Part shown: positions 43,268 through 51,870 of the stretch, in pieces
Position numbering within the stretch: position 1 is the first letter of the stretch
How the letters are laid out: each line of letters begins with the position of its first letter
Source: Rhizomicrobium sp.
Lineage (GTDB): Bacteria > Pseudomonadota > Alphaproteobacteria > Micropepsales > Micropepsaceae
Length of the DNA: 64,000 bases
NCBI GenBank assembly: GCA_035943485.1
Contig: DASZCC010000427.1
Location: 6,460-70,459 of the forward strand
Direction: 5' to 3'
The notes under the pieces: model-generated
Seen by the model: the letters and a program-made list of their open reading frames with translations, nothing else
Database searches by the model: none
What the model was told of the DNA's origin: nothing
Program-made: the position numbers and the translations under genes

Positions 43268-45268
43268 TCAGCCCTTGTTCTTCAGTGCATCCCGTGCGGC
43301 TTCCGCGACAGCTTCCGCCGTGATGCCGAAATGCTTGTAGACATCTTTATATGGTCCGCTGGCGCCGAAACTATGCATTCCGACAAACCGGCCATGCGGT
43401 CCGATATAGCGATCCCAGCCTTCGCGGACACCCGCTTCGACCGCGACTTTTACCGTGCCCGGTCCCAGCACCGCTTCACGATATGTTTCGCTCTGTTCCT
43501 CAAACAGCGACCAGCACGGCATGGAGACCACGCGGGCCGCGATTCCCTCGGTTTTCAGCAGGTCGCGGGCGGCCAGCGCAAGCCCGATCTCGGTCCCGGT
43601 TGCGAACAAGGTTACTTTCGCATTCTCCGCACCAGCCACCTCATAGGCGCCCTTGGCGGAGAGATTCTCGTCGGTGTGGACGACGCGGGCCGGTGACACG
43701 TCCTGGCGCGAGAAGGCGAGCAGGGCGGGGCGCTTGGGATTGGCGAGCGCGATCGCCCATGCCTCTTCTGTCTCGACCGCATCGGCAGGGCGGATCACGA
43801 GCAGGTTCGGGATGGCGCGCAGCGCGGCGAGGTGTTCGACGGGCTGATGCGTCGGACCGTCCTCGCCGACGCCGATGGAGTCATGCGTCATCACGAAGAC
43901 GACATGGATGCCCATGATCGCGGCGAGCCGGATCGAAGGCCGGCAGTAATCGGAGAACACCATGAAGGTGCCGCCGTAAGGGATGATGCCCTTGTGCAGC
44001 GCCATGCCGTTCATCGCGGCGCACATGCCGTGCTCGCGGATGCCGTAGTGGATATAGCGGCCGCTGAAGTCGCCGGTTTTGATCTCGGTGATGTTCTTGG
44101 TCTTGGTGTTGTTGGACGGCGTCAGATCGGCCGAGCCGCCGACCGTCGTCTGCATGCCGCCATTGATGACTTCCAGCACCTTCTCGGAATATTTGCGCGT
44201 GCCGGCGGGCTTCTCCGTGAGCATCGTCTTCTTGAGATCAATAAGCGCGGTCGCGAGCGAGGCCGGTATCTCGTTGCTGTGCGCCGCGTCGAAGTCCTTT
44301 GCCAGCGGAGCAGAGCGCTTGCGCGTTTCCCACGCTTCTCGCGTGCCCTTGCAGCGCTCGCCGAGCTTGCGCCACTGCGCGAGCACGCCGTCTTCGAGCG
44401 AGAACGCAGCATCAGGCAGGCCGAGCGCCTTCTTCGCGCCGGCGACTTCCTCGGCGCCGGGCGCGTCGCTGTGCGCCTTCTGCGTGCCGGCGCGTGTCGG
44501 CATGCCGAAGCCGATGACGGTGCGGCACAGGATCATCACGGGCTTCGTCGCGTCCTGCGCCTTCGTCAGCGCGCGATGGACGTCAGCGGCGTCGTGGCCG
44601 TCGCATTCATCCGTGGTCCAGCCGGCGGCTTCGAAACGCATCCGCGCATTCGTGGAGTCGGACAGCGAGGTCGAGCCGTCGATCGAGATGTGATTGCTGT
44701 CGTACAGCACGATCAGGTTCTTGAGCGCGAGATGGCCGGCGAGCGAGATCGCTTCGTGGCTGATGCCTTCCATCAGGTCGCCGTCCGACGCGATGACATA
44801 GGTCTTGTGATTGACGAGATCGTCGCCGAAACGCGCATTGAGGTGACGTTCGGCGATCGCCATGCCGACCGCGTTGCCGATGCCCTGGCCGAGCGGACCT
44901 GTCGTCGTTTCGATGCCCGGCGCGTGGCCGTATTCGGGATGACCGGCGCAGGGGCTGCCAACCTTGCGGAACGTCTTGATGTCGTCGAGCGTCATCCCCG
45001 GATAGCCGGTGAGATAAAGCAGCGAATAAAGAAGCATCGAGCCGTGACCGGCCGAGAGCACGAAGCGGTCGCGATCGGGCCATGCCGGATCGGCCGGATC
45101 GAAGTTGATGAAGTGCGAGAACAGCACCGTCGCCGCGTCTGCCATGCCGAGCGGCAGACCGGGATGGCCGGACTTCGCCTGCTCGACCGCATCGAGCGAG
45201 AGGCCGCGTATGGCGTTGGCCAGTTTGCGGGTGACGGCCTGTTCGGGCGGAGGGTTCGTCTTGTCCAT
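43268..45268 (-). CDS. tkt: Transketolase
   Basis: [43 protein letters not shown]. Confidence 0.98.
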   Translation of the reverse strand: MDKTNPPPEQAVTRKLANAIRGLSLDAVEQAKSGHPGLPLGMADAATVLFSHFINFDPADPAWPDRDRFVLSAGHGSMLLYSLLYLTGYPGMTLDDIKTFRKVGSPCAGHPEYGHAPGIETTTGPLGQGIGNAVGMAIAERHLNARFGDDLVNHKTYVIASDGDLMEGISHEAISLAGHLALKNLIVLYDSNHISIDGSTSLSDSTNARMRFEAAGWTTDECDGHDAADVHRALTKAQDATKPVMILCRTVIGFGMPTRAGTQKAHSDAPGAEEVAGAKKALGLPDAAFSLEDGVLAQWRKLGERCKGTREAWETRKRSAPLAKDFDAAHSNEIPASLATALIDLKKTMLTEKPAGTRKYSEKVLEVINGGMQTTVGGSADLTPSNNTKTKNITEIKTGDFSGRYIHYGIREHGMCAAMNGMALHKGIIPYGGTFMVFSDYCRPSIRLAAIMGIHVVFVMTHDSIGVGEDGPTHQPVEHLAALRAIPNLLVIRPADAVETEEAWAIALANPKRPALLAFSRQDVSPARVVHTDENLSAKGAYEVAGAENAKVTLFATGTEIGLALAARDLLKTEGIAARVVSMPCWSLFEEQSETYREAVLGPGTVKVAVEAGVREGWDRYIGPHGRFVGMHSFGASGPYKDVYKHFGITAEAVAEAARDALKNKG

Positions 45269-45298
45269 GTTTCAACTCCGCAGATGGGCCGGGAGGTG

Positions 45299-45328
45299 GC
45301 CTTAGCGATTAGGTTCCGCTCCCGTCAA
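45299..45328 (-). promoter_or_regulatory. Putative sigma70 promoter of the tkt-gap-pgk-fba operon
   Basis: Minus strand TTGACG-N16-GCTAAGGC, close to the Caulobacter housekeeping consensus. Confidence 0.6.
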
Positions 45329-45474
45329 GGCCGCCTGTCGACGCCCTTGGAACTCATCCTCAACTAACGAAGTGGTGCGCACTTCGGATGCGCTGTGAAT
45401 GCCGGTTTTACAAGGTTGACCGCGTTTTGCGGCGCGGCCTAAGGTCCTTGCGCGATTTGAGAAAAGAGATGCGC

Positions 45475-45738
45475 ATGAGCAGGCTCGACGTAGCGGCGGA
45501 GCGCTTCAGCAAGATCCTGGAAACCGTAGAGCAGGCGACCGCGCCGCTCGCCGGGTTGAGAGCGGCGGAAGCCGACGGACGGGCCAAGATCGCCGAGCTG
45601 GAGGAGGAACGGGACCGTCTGCTCGGCCGTATCGCCTCGCTGGAAGAAGAAAACCGTGCCCTCGCGGGCATCACGGAAGAGGTCGAGGGCCGCCTGGACG
45701 GCGCGATCTCGGAAATCCGCACCGCGCTCGGGCGCTAG
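45475..45738 (+). CDS. Coiled-coil protein upstream of zapA (DUF4164/ZauP-like)
   Basis: All-helical heptads ending RLDGAISEIRTALG; conserved position before zapA. Confidence 0.75.
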   Translation: MSRLDVAAERFSKILETVEQATAPLAGLRAAEADGRAKIAELEEERDRLLGRIASLEEENRALAGITEEVEGRLDGAISEIRTALGR

Positions 45739-45750
45739 GAGAAGACGCGC

Positions 45751-46110
45751 ATGCCTCTCGTCAACGTCATGGTCAACAACCGCGCCTACACCATCGCCTG
45801 CGACGACGGCGAGGAAGACCATCTGCGCGAACTTGCGAGCCATGTCGACGACAAAGTGCGCGAACTTCTGGGCTCCGTGGGCCAGGTCGGCGATCAGCGC
45901 ATCCTGCTGATGGCCGCGCTGCTCATCGCCGACGAGCATCACGAGGCCACCACACAGCTCCATCTGCGCACGCAGGAGCTCGGCGATCTGTCGGATACGC
46001 AGGCGAATATGACGGACCGGCTGTCAAAAGCGGAGACAAACGCCGCCGAAATGCTCGAAACAGCGTCGTCGCGGCTTGAGGTCATTGCCGGTCGGCTTGC
46101 GCACGCCTAG
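45751..46110 (+). CDS. zapA: Cell division protein ZapA
   Basis: VNNRAYTIACDDGEEDHL, LLMAALLIADE. Confidence 0.93.
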   Translation: MPLVNVMVNNRAYTIACDDGEEDHLRELASHVDDKVRELLGSVGQVGDQRILLMAALLIADEHHEATTQLHLRTQELGDLSDTQANMTDRLSKAETNAAEMLETASSRLEVIAGRLAHA

Positions 46111-46119
46111 ATTAGAGGC

Positions 46120-46282
46120 GGACGGATACTGCCCCGCGCGTCAGGTTAGCGATACCCAGGGGCCTTAATGGTACTCACCGGGAGCTGTCCCTGGCTTGGA
46201 TCGTGGTCCAGGCTACATGGCGCCCACCTGCACATGCAGGCCCGTGAGGATCCGAACACCAACGGCGACGGCGGTTCCGTCC
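46120..46282 (+). ncRNA. ssrS: 6S RNA
   Basis: Canonical position between zapA and ygfA; ends pair (ggacgga/tccgtcc); alphaproteobacterial 6S motifs ggggccttaat, gggagctgtccctg, catggcgcccacct. Confidence 0.88.
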
Positions 46283-46301
46283 ACTTTGCCTTGCCGGTGC
46301 G

Positions 46302-46874
46302 ATGAACGCGGTCTCGAAATCCAGCCTCCGCAACGAAGCACGCGCCAGACGGGCAACGCTGACGCGCGCCGACTTCGCCGACGCCATCGCGCAGTTTGCT
46401 GATCGCCTTCCGATTGCGCCAGGCGCCGTGATCGCAGGCTATCACCCCATCCGCGACGAAGCCGATCCGCGCGGACTGATGTCTGCACTGGGACGTCGTG
46501 GGCATGTTTTGGCACTACCTGTCGTGGCGGCGGCGAATGCCGCGCTCGTCTTCCGCCAGTGGAACGAAGGCGAAGCACTCAAGCCCAACGCGTACGGCAT
46601 TGCCGAGCCGTTGCCGTCTGCCATGGAGATCGTGCCCGACATCGTGCTCGTTCCTCTGCTGGCGTTCGACGCCGTGGGCCACAGGCTCGGCTATGGCGGC
46701 GGCTACTACGACCGCACGCTCGATAGCATCCGCGCGTCACGCAGCGTGCTGGCAGTCGGTGTCGCCTATGCTGGCCAGGAGATCGCGCAACTGCCTCGCG
46801 AGGCGCATGACCACCGCCTCGACTGGATCGTGACAGAGAACGGTGCGCGCGCCTTCACCACACATGGGGGATGA
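46302..46874 (+). CDS. ygfA: 5-formyltetrahydrofolate cyclo-ligase
   Basis: YGIAEP, VPLLAFD, RLGYGGGYYDRTL, HDHRLDWIVTE. Confidence 0.94.
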   Translation: MNAVSKSSLRNEARARRATLTRADFADAIAQFADRLPIAPGAVIAGYHPIRDEADPRGLMSALGRRGHVLALPVVAAANAALVFRQWNEGEALKPNAYGIAEPLPSAMEIVPDIVLVPLLAFDAVGHRLGYGGGYYDRTLDSIRASRSVLAVGVAYAGQEIAQLPREAHDHRLDWIVTENGARAFTTHGG

Positions 46875-47532
46875 GTCGCCACGGCACGCGCGCCATGTAG
46901 GCGTCGTAGCCTGACAATTCGCGCTTCAACGTTTGCTCTTCATGCGTTGCGCGCCATGAGATGCCCACGATGATGAGCGCGGCTCCGATCAGGCCGTACC
47001 ACGAGCCTAGCAAGAGCGGCAGGCCGATCAGATAGAGACTCGCCGCGGCGTACATCGGATGACGCACCCACGCATAAGGCCCCGTATCGATCACATGCTG
47101 GCCGCGCTCGCCCTGCACGCGCACGACGGGCGCGGCGAAGCTGTTGGTGGCAAACACCGGCACGACGCCGGCAAACCCGGCCAAGATCAGCAGAGCGCCG
47201 CACACTTCCAGCCACAGCGGCATGTGCGACCACCGGAAGCGCTGCGCATCCAGCCCCATGAAGACGAGCCAGACATTCCATCCGACCATGATGAGCGACA
47301 TAAAAATCTTGTCCCACAGCGGCTGGCCCTTCTGGACCATCGATCCCATGCGTTGTTCCAGCAGAGCCGGATCGCGCCGCAACAGCCAGGCGCAGAATGC
47401 TACCGAGGCAAGCGCGAAGATGATCAGAAACACCCAGGCCTCCGGCCATAGCCAATTCCCGGCTGCGGCGAACAACAGGACACCCATGAAAGCGAGCCAG
47501 GCGACGATCTGGACGGTCAGGCGCAGGAGCAT
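46855..47532 (-). CDS. Isoprenylcysteine carboxyl methyltransferase (ICMT/Ste14) family membrane protein
   Basis: Multi-TM; VIDTGPYAWVRHPMY, EEQTL, GYDAY..RV..RLIP. Confidence 0.88.
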   Translation of the reverse strand: MLLRLTVQIVAWLAFMGVLLFAAAGNWLWPEAWVFLIIFALASVAFCAWLLRRDPALLEQRMGSMVQKGQPLWDKIFMSLIMVGWNVWLVFMGLDAQRFRWSHMPLWLEVCGALLILAGFAGVVPVFATNSFAAPVVRVQGERGQHVIDTGPYAWVRHPMYAAASLYLIGLPLLLGSWYGLIGAALIIVGISWRATHEEQTLKRELSGYDAYMARVPWRLIPHVW

Positions 47533-47564
47533 GGACAGGCCCCTTTCTGTGCTATGAGGCTGCC

Positions 47565-48377
47565 ATGCGCATTCTATTCATCGGCGACATCATCGGAAAG
47601 CCCGGACGCGACGTCGTCGCTGCGGAACTCCCCCGCCTGAAAGACCGGCTGTCGCTCGATTTTGTCATCGTCAACGGCGAAAACGCGGCCGGCGGTTTCG
47701 GCATCACGCGCGCGATCTCCAACGAGTTCTTCGCGATCGGCATCGATGTGATCTCCACCGGCAATCACTGGGCGGATCAGAAGGAGATATTGTCCTTCAT
47801 CGGCGATGAAGACCGCGTGCTGCGGCCGGTGAATTATCCGAAGGGCACACCGGGTCGCGGCGCCTATCTCTATCAGGCGCGCTCGGGCGAGCGCGTGCTC
47901 GTCGTCAACGCGATGGGCCGCGTCTTCATGGACGCGCTGGACGATCCGTTTGCGGGTGTCGATGCGGAGCTCAATGCCTGCCCGTTGGGCGAGGCGGCGG
48001 ACGCGATCATCGTCGATATGCATGCCGAGGCGACATCGGAAAAAATGGCGATGGGCCATTTCTGCGACGGCCGCGCCAGCCTTGTCGTCGGCTCGCATCA
48101 GCACATACCGACTGCCGACGCGCAGATTCTTCCCGGCGGCACGGCGTTCCAGGCCGACGCCGGCGCCTGTGCCGACTACGACAGCGTCATCGGTATGGAG
48201 AAATATGCGCCGGTGCAGCGCTTCATCACCAAGATGAGCCACGGCCGTTTCTCACCCGCCACCGGCCCGGCGACGCTCTGCGGCGTGTTCGTCGAGACCA
48301 ACGCCAACGGACTCGCGTCACGCATCGAACCGGTGCGTGTGGGTGGCCGCCTGAAACAGGCATTGCCGGAAGTTTAG
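47565..48377 (+). CDS. YmdB-like metallophosphoesterase
   Basis: GDIIGKPGR, NGENAAGGFG, TGNH, DMHAEATSEK, GSHQH. Confidence 0.92.
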   Translation: MRILFIGDIIGKPGRDVVAAELPRLKDRLSLDFVIVNGENAAGGFGITRAISNEFFAIGIDVISTGNHWADQKEILSFIGDEDRVLRPVNYPKGTPGRGAYLYQARSGERVLVVNAMGRVFMDALDDPFAGVDAELNACPLGEAADAIIVDMHAEATSEKMAMGHFCDGRASLVVGSHQHIPTADAQILPGGTAFQADAGACADYDSVIGMEKYAPVQRFITKMSHGRFSPATGPATLCGVFVETNANGLASRIEPVRVGGRLKQALPEV

Positions 48378-48465
48378 GCGCCAAACCCGCACTCCCAGCG
48401 CGGTTGAAACCGTCATCTCCGGCGCCGATGTTTCCTTCATCGCTATCATCTTTGGAGGGTTCGCC

Positions 48466-49494
48466 ATGGAATACCGTCAACTCGGGCGTTCGGGATTCAA
48501 TGTCCCGGTTCTCAGCTTCGGCACCGGCACGTTCGGCGGCAGAGGAGCCGCGGTCGGCTGGGGCGCGACGGATGCAGCAGAGGCGACGCGGCTTGTCGAT
48601 ATCTGCCTCGAGCACGGCCTCACCATGTTCGACAGCGCGGACATCTATTCAGCGGGAGCCGCTGAAGAGGTGCTTGGCGCGGCAATCAAGGGCCGCCGCG
48701 ACAAGGTACTGATCTCCACCAAGGCGACGTTCCGCTCGGGCGCTGGCGCCAACGAGGTCGGCTCGTCGCGCTTCCATCTCACCCGCGCGGTCGAGACGGC
48801 GCTGAAACGTCTTGGGACGGATCATATCGACCTGTTCCAGCTGCATGGCTACGACGCCAAGACGCCGCCGGAGGAAGTGCTGTCGACCCTCGACACGCTG
48901 ATTCGCGCCGGCAAGATCGGTTATATCGGCGTCTCCAATTTCTCCGGCTGGCATCTGATGAAGGCGCTCGCGACAGCGGACCGCTACGGCCTGCCGCGCT
49001 TCGTCGCAAACCAGACCTACTACTCGCTGATCGGCCGCGACTATGAGTGGGAGCTGATGCCGCTCGGTCTCGACCAGGGCGTCGGCGCGGTGATCTGGTC
49101 GCCGCTCGGCTGGGGCCGTCTCACCGGCAAAATCCGCCGCGGCGCGCCGCTACCGGAAATCAGCCGCCTGCACACGACGGCCGATTTCGGACCGCCCGTG
49201 CCGGACGAGCAGGTCTACAAGGCGGTCGATGCGCTTGACATCATCGCGAAGGAAACCGGCAAGACCATTCCGCAGATCGCGCTCAACTGGCTGCTGCAAC
49301 GTCCCACCGTCTCAACCGTCGTGATCGGCGCGCGCAACGAGAAGCAGCTCACCGACAATCTGGGCTCGATCGGCTGGAACCTCACGCCGGAGCAGGTCAA
49401 GACGCTCGACAAGGCCAGCGCGGTGACGCCGCCTTATCCCTACTGGCATCAGAAGCAGTTCAAGGAGCGCAACCCGTTTCCGACGCGCGTCTGA
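48466..49494 (+). CDS. Aldo/keto reductase
   Basis: FDSADIYS, ISTK, IDLFQLH, IGVSN, WSPLG. Confidence 0.92.
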   Translation: MEYRQLGRSGFNVPVLSFGTGTFGGRGAAVGWGATDAAEATRLVDICLEHGLTMFDSADIYSAGAAEEVLGAAIKGRRDKVLISTKATFRSGAGANEVGSSRFHLTRAVETALKRLGTDHIDLFQLHGYDAKTPPEEVLSTLDTLIRAGKIGYIGVSNFSGWHLMKALATADRYGLPRFVANQTYYSLIGRDYEWELMPLGLDQGVGAVIWSPLGWGRLTGKIRRGAPLPEISRLHTTADFGPPVPDEQVYKAVDALDIIAKETGKTIPQIALNWLLQRPTVSTVVIGARNEKQLTDNLGSIGWNLTPEQVKTLDKASAVTPPYPYWHQKQFKERNPFPTRV

Positions 49495-49532
49495 TGCGTT
49501 ACGAGATCACCTTCCACCAACAAGAGGACCGC

Positions 49533-49949
49533 ATGAACGTCCCGTTTCAGCTCAAACAGATCGATCACGTCGTGTTGCGCATCAAGGACCTCGAGGCCTC
49601 GATGCGATTCTACCGCGACATTCTCGGCTGCACGGTCGACAAGGTGCAGGAGACGATCGGCCTGTGGCAGATGCGGGCCGGCGCCTCGCTGATCGACCTT
49701 GTGCCGATCGACGGCGTGCTGGGTCAGCTCGGCGGCGCGCCTGCCGGCCTTGAAGGCCACAATGTCGATCACTTCGCGCTGCAGGTCACGCCGTGGAACG
49801 AAGGCGCGATCCGCGACCACCTCGGCACCCACGGCATTGCGATCGTGGACTCGGGGCCCCGCTATGGCGCGCAGGGCACCGGTCCGTCGATCTATATTCT
49901 CGATCCCGACGGCACGACTGTGGAGCTGAAGGGTCCGCCGAACGACTAG
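49533..49949 (+). CDS. VOC/glyoxalase family protein
   Basis: [24 protein letters not shown]; RBS GAGGA before the ATG at 49533. Confidence 0.88.
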   Translation: MNVPFQLKQIDHVVLRIKDLEASMRFYRDILGCTVDKVQETIGLWQMRAGASLIDLVPIDGVLGQLGGAPAGLEGHNVDHFALQVTPWNEGAIRDHLGTHGIAIVDSGPRYGAQGTGPSIYILDPDGTTVELKGPPND

Positions 49950-50494
49950 GCCGCCGCTGCAAGCGCCTGTTCGTGCGCGACGCCATCGAGCGTTGCTGCC
50001 ACCGCATGAACAACCGACGCGATGCGCACCGCGGCCTGGATCTGCTCGGCCGTTATGCCGGCGGCGCGCAGCACCTTCTCGTGGCTGTCGATGCACATGC
50101 CGCAGCCATTGATGGCCGAGACGGCGAGCGACCACAGCTCGAAATCCGCCTTGTCGACGCCGGGCTTGCCGATGACGTTCATGCGCAGCTTCGCGGGCAG
50201 GGTGCGGTAGTCCGGCGACGAAGCCAGATGCGTAAAGCGGTAATAGATGTTGTTCATCGCCATGATCGAGGCTGCGGCACGCGCGGCGTCCAGCGCTTCG
50301 GGCGACAGCTTTGGACCGAACTCGGCGAGGATCGCCTGTGTTGTCTCGGCGTTGCGCGCGGCGAGTGCGGTGGCGACGAAGGTCCCGGCACGCTGCTGCT
50401 CGGTGAGCGACGGTTCGGTGGCGAGCGTCGACAGGTTGAGCTTCAGGTCCTTGGCGTATTCGGGCAGGCGGGTCTTGAGCTGCTCAAGCGACAT
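49946..50494 (-). CDS. ahpD: Alkyl hydroperoxide reductase AhpD
   Basis: [42 protein letters not shown]. Confidence 0.95.
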   Translation of the reverse strand: MSLEQLKTRLPEYAKDLKLNLSTLATEPSLTEQQRAGTFVATALAARNAETTQAILAEFGPKLSPEALDAARAAASIMAMNNIYYRFTHLASSPDYRTLPAKLRMNVIGKPGVDKADFELWSLAVSAINGCGMCIDSHEKVLRAAGITAEQIQAAVRIASVVHAVAATLDGVAHEQALAAAA

Positions 50495-50505
50495 GTGTGT
50501 TCTCC

Positions 50506-50590
50506 AAAAAAAGCCCCGCGCCGGAAAAGGGGAGGCAGAACCGGCGCGGGGTTGAAGGAGCGCTGCCGTTCGGGGGGAGACGCGGCAACG
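50506..50590 (-). ncRNA. Cuckoo/suhB-like double hairpin with C-rich loops, ending in a U-tract
   Basis: Minus strand: cgttgccg-(cgtctccccccgaa)-cggcagcg, then ccccgcgccgg-(ttctgcctcccctttt)-ccggcgcgggg-cttttttt. Confidence 0.55.
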
Positions 50591-50602
50591 CTGGTGAAAA
50601 GG

Positions 50603-51142
50603 TCAGGCGGCTTTCAGCACATCCTCGCCCTTCTGCCAGTTGCAGGGGCAGAGTTCGTCGGTCTGCAGTGCGTCGAGCACGCGCAGGACTTCCTGCGGAT
50701 TGCGGCCGACCGACAGGTCCGTGACGTACGCGAAGCGGATGATGCCGTCGGGATCGACGATGAAGGTCGCGCGCTGGGCTACGCCTTCGCTTTTATCGAG
50801 CACGCCGAGCGCGGTCGAAAGCTCACGCTTGATGTCGGACAGCATCGCGAAGGGCAGGTTCTTCAGGTCGGCGTGGTTCTGGCGCCAGGCGAGATGGACG
50901 AACTCGCTGTCGACCGACACGCCGTAGATCACGGTGTCGCGATCCTTGAAGTCGCCATTGATGGCGCCGAAGCCGGCGATCTCGGTCGGGCAGACGAAGG
51001 TGAAATCCTTCGGCCAGAAGAAGACGACCTTCCACTTGCCGGCATCCGACGTCGCGTCGAAGTCCTGGAAAGCGGTCTTGGGATCAGTGGAAACGACGCC
51101 CTTCAGGGCGAAATCGGGAAACTTGTCGCCGACGGTGAGCAT
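50603..51142 (-). CDS. ahpC: Peroxiredoxin AhpC
   Basis: FFWPKDFTFVCPTE, GRNPQEVLR, LCPCNW. Confidence 0.96.
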   Translation of the reverse strand: MLTVGDKFPDFALKGVVSTDPKTAFQDFDATSDAGKWKVVFFWPKDFTFVCPTEIAGFGAINGDFKDRDTVIYGVSVDSEFVHLAWRQNHADLKNLPFAMLSDIKRELSTALGVLDKSEGVAQRATFIVDPDGIIRFAYVTDLSVGRNPQEVLRVLDALQTDELCPCNWQKGEDVLKAA

Positions 51143-51174
51143 GGGGCAGGCCTCATTCGTTGTTGCGAGTGATA

Positions 51175-51191
51175 CTTAGAACTACTCTAAA
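51175..51191. promoter_or_regulatory. Irr-box (ICE)-like inverted repeat upstream of ahpC
   Basis: Minus strand TTTAGAG-TAG-TTCTAAG versus consensus TTTAGAA-N3-TTCTAAA (12 of 14 positions match). Confidence 0.55.
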
Positions 51192-51236
51192 CTGAATGCA
51201 AGAGGCGAGGGTGCGGCGTTTGGGATTTCCCTTCTC

Positions 51237-51389
51237 TTCCTCCCCCGTTTACGGGGGAGGGGGACCGCCCTTGCGGTGGAGGGGGCGACGCTGGGATCAG
51301 ACGGTGAAAGAACGCGTCGCTTTCGCGCCGCGTCCCCCTCCGTCTCGTCGCTGCGCGCCGATCCACCTCCCCCGTAAACGGGGGAGGAA
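51237..51389. repeat. Palindromic intergenic repeat (CCTCCCCC...GGGGGAGG family)
   Basis: Perfect 24-bp terminal inverted repeats ttcctcccccgtttacgggggagg / cctcccccgtaaacgggggaggaa, each a hairpin. Confidence 0.88.
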
Positions 51390-51415
51390 AACAACACGCA
51401 CACTCCCCTACCACG

Positions 51416-51527
51416 CCGTCATGGGCGGACTTGATCCGCCCATCCATCGCGCGAGATTCACGAGCGAAGAGTCTTCGACGCGCGAAGCGCGTCAGATGGA
51501 TGGGCGGGTCGAGCCCGCCCATGACGG
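51416..51527. repeat. Palindromic intergenic repeat (GTCATGGGCGG...CCGCCCATGAC family)
   Basis: Terminal inverted hairpin arms; central linker carries two GANTC sites (51455, 51469). Confidence 0.85.
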
Positions 51528-51583
51528 ATGTTGGTGGCTCAGAAAATAGTTCTGCGTGTTAGCGATCGCACTTCGCGCACCCG

Positions 51584-51611
51584 CTTGAATAGGCTTTCTG
51601 TCCTCTTATGT
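51584..51611 (+). promoter_or_regulatory. RpoH (sigma32)-like promoter
   Basis: CTTGAA-N15-CTTATGT, followed by a GAGGAG SD and an ATG at 51638. Confidence 0.45.
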
Positions 51612-51870
51612 ACGCCTCTCAAACTTGAGGAGTGCGTATGTTCTAGAGATGCCGTGAGACCAGACAGGCCAAGGGTGCGCTTACGGGCATCCGCGTGACG
51701 AAGGACAGATGGAGCGGACCTGGTTGAGCTTGCTCCCAGCCGAGCGATATCTCGAAGACGTCACAGGAGGCTGAGGCGAAAGCGCTGTGCCAGTTGGTTC
51801 TGCACGAGGGTGCGTTCCTAGGGCCGCAAACCTTTCAAGCGCATCACCCGCAGCAGCGGGCGTTCGCGTT

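Noticed and set aside
51237-51527. Repeats read as a CRISPR array or IS ends
   Set aside because: No regularly spaced direct repeats with unique spacers, and no cas or transposase gene in the window.
51187-51549. Small ORFs on both strands upstream of ahpC (also 8218-8613 and 33926-34114)
   Set aside because: They are translations of the palindromic repeat elements, not credible genes.
51638-51727. Pyrrolysine or selenocysteine read-through of the TAG/TGA codons after the ATG at 51638
   Set aside because: The read-through product has no recognisable motif, no recoding machinery is visible, and the codon context gives no support.
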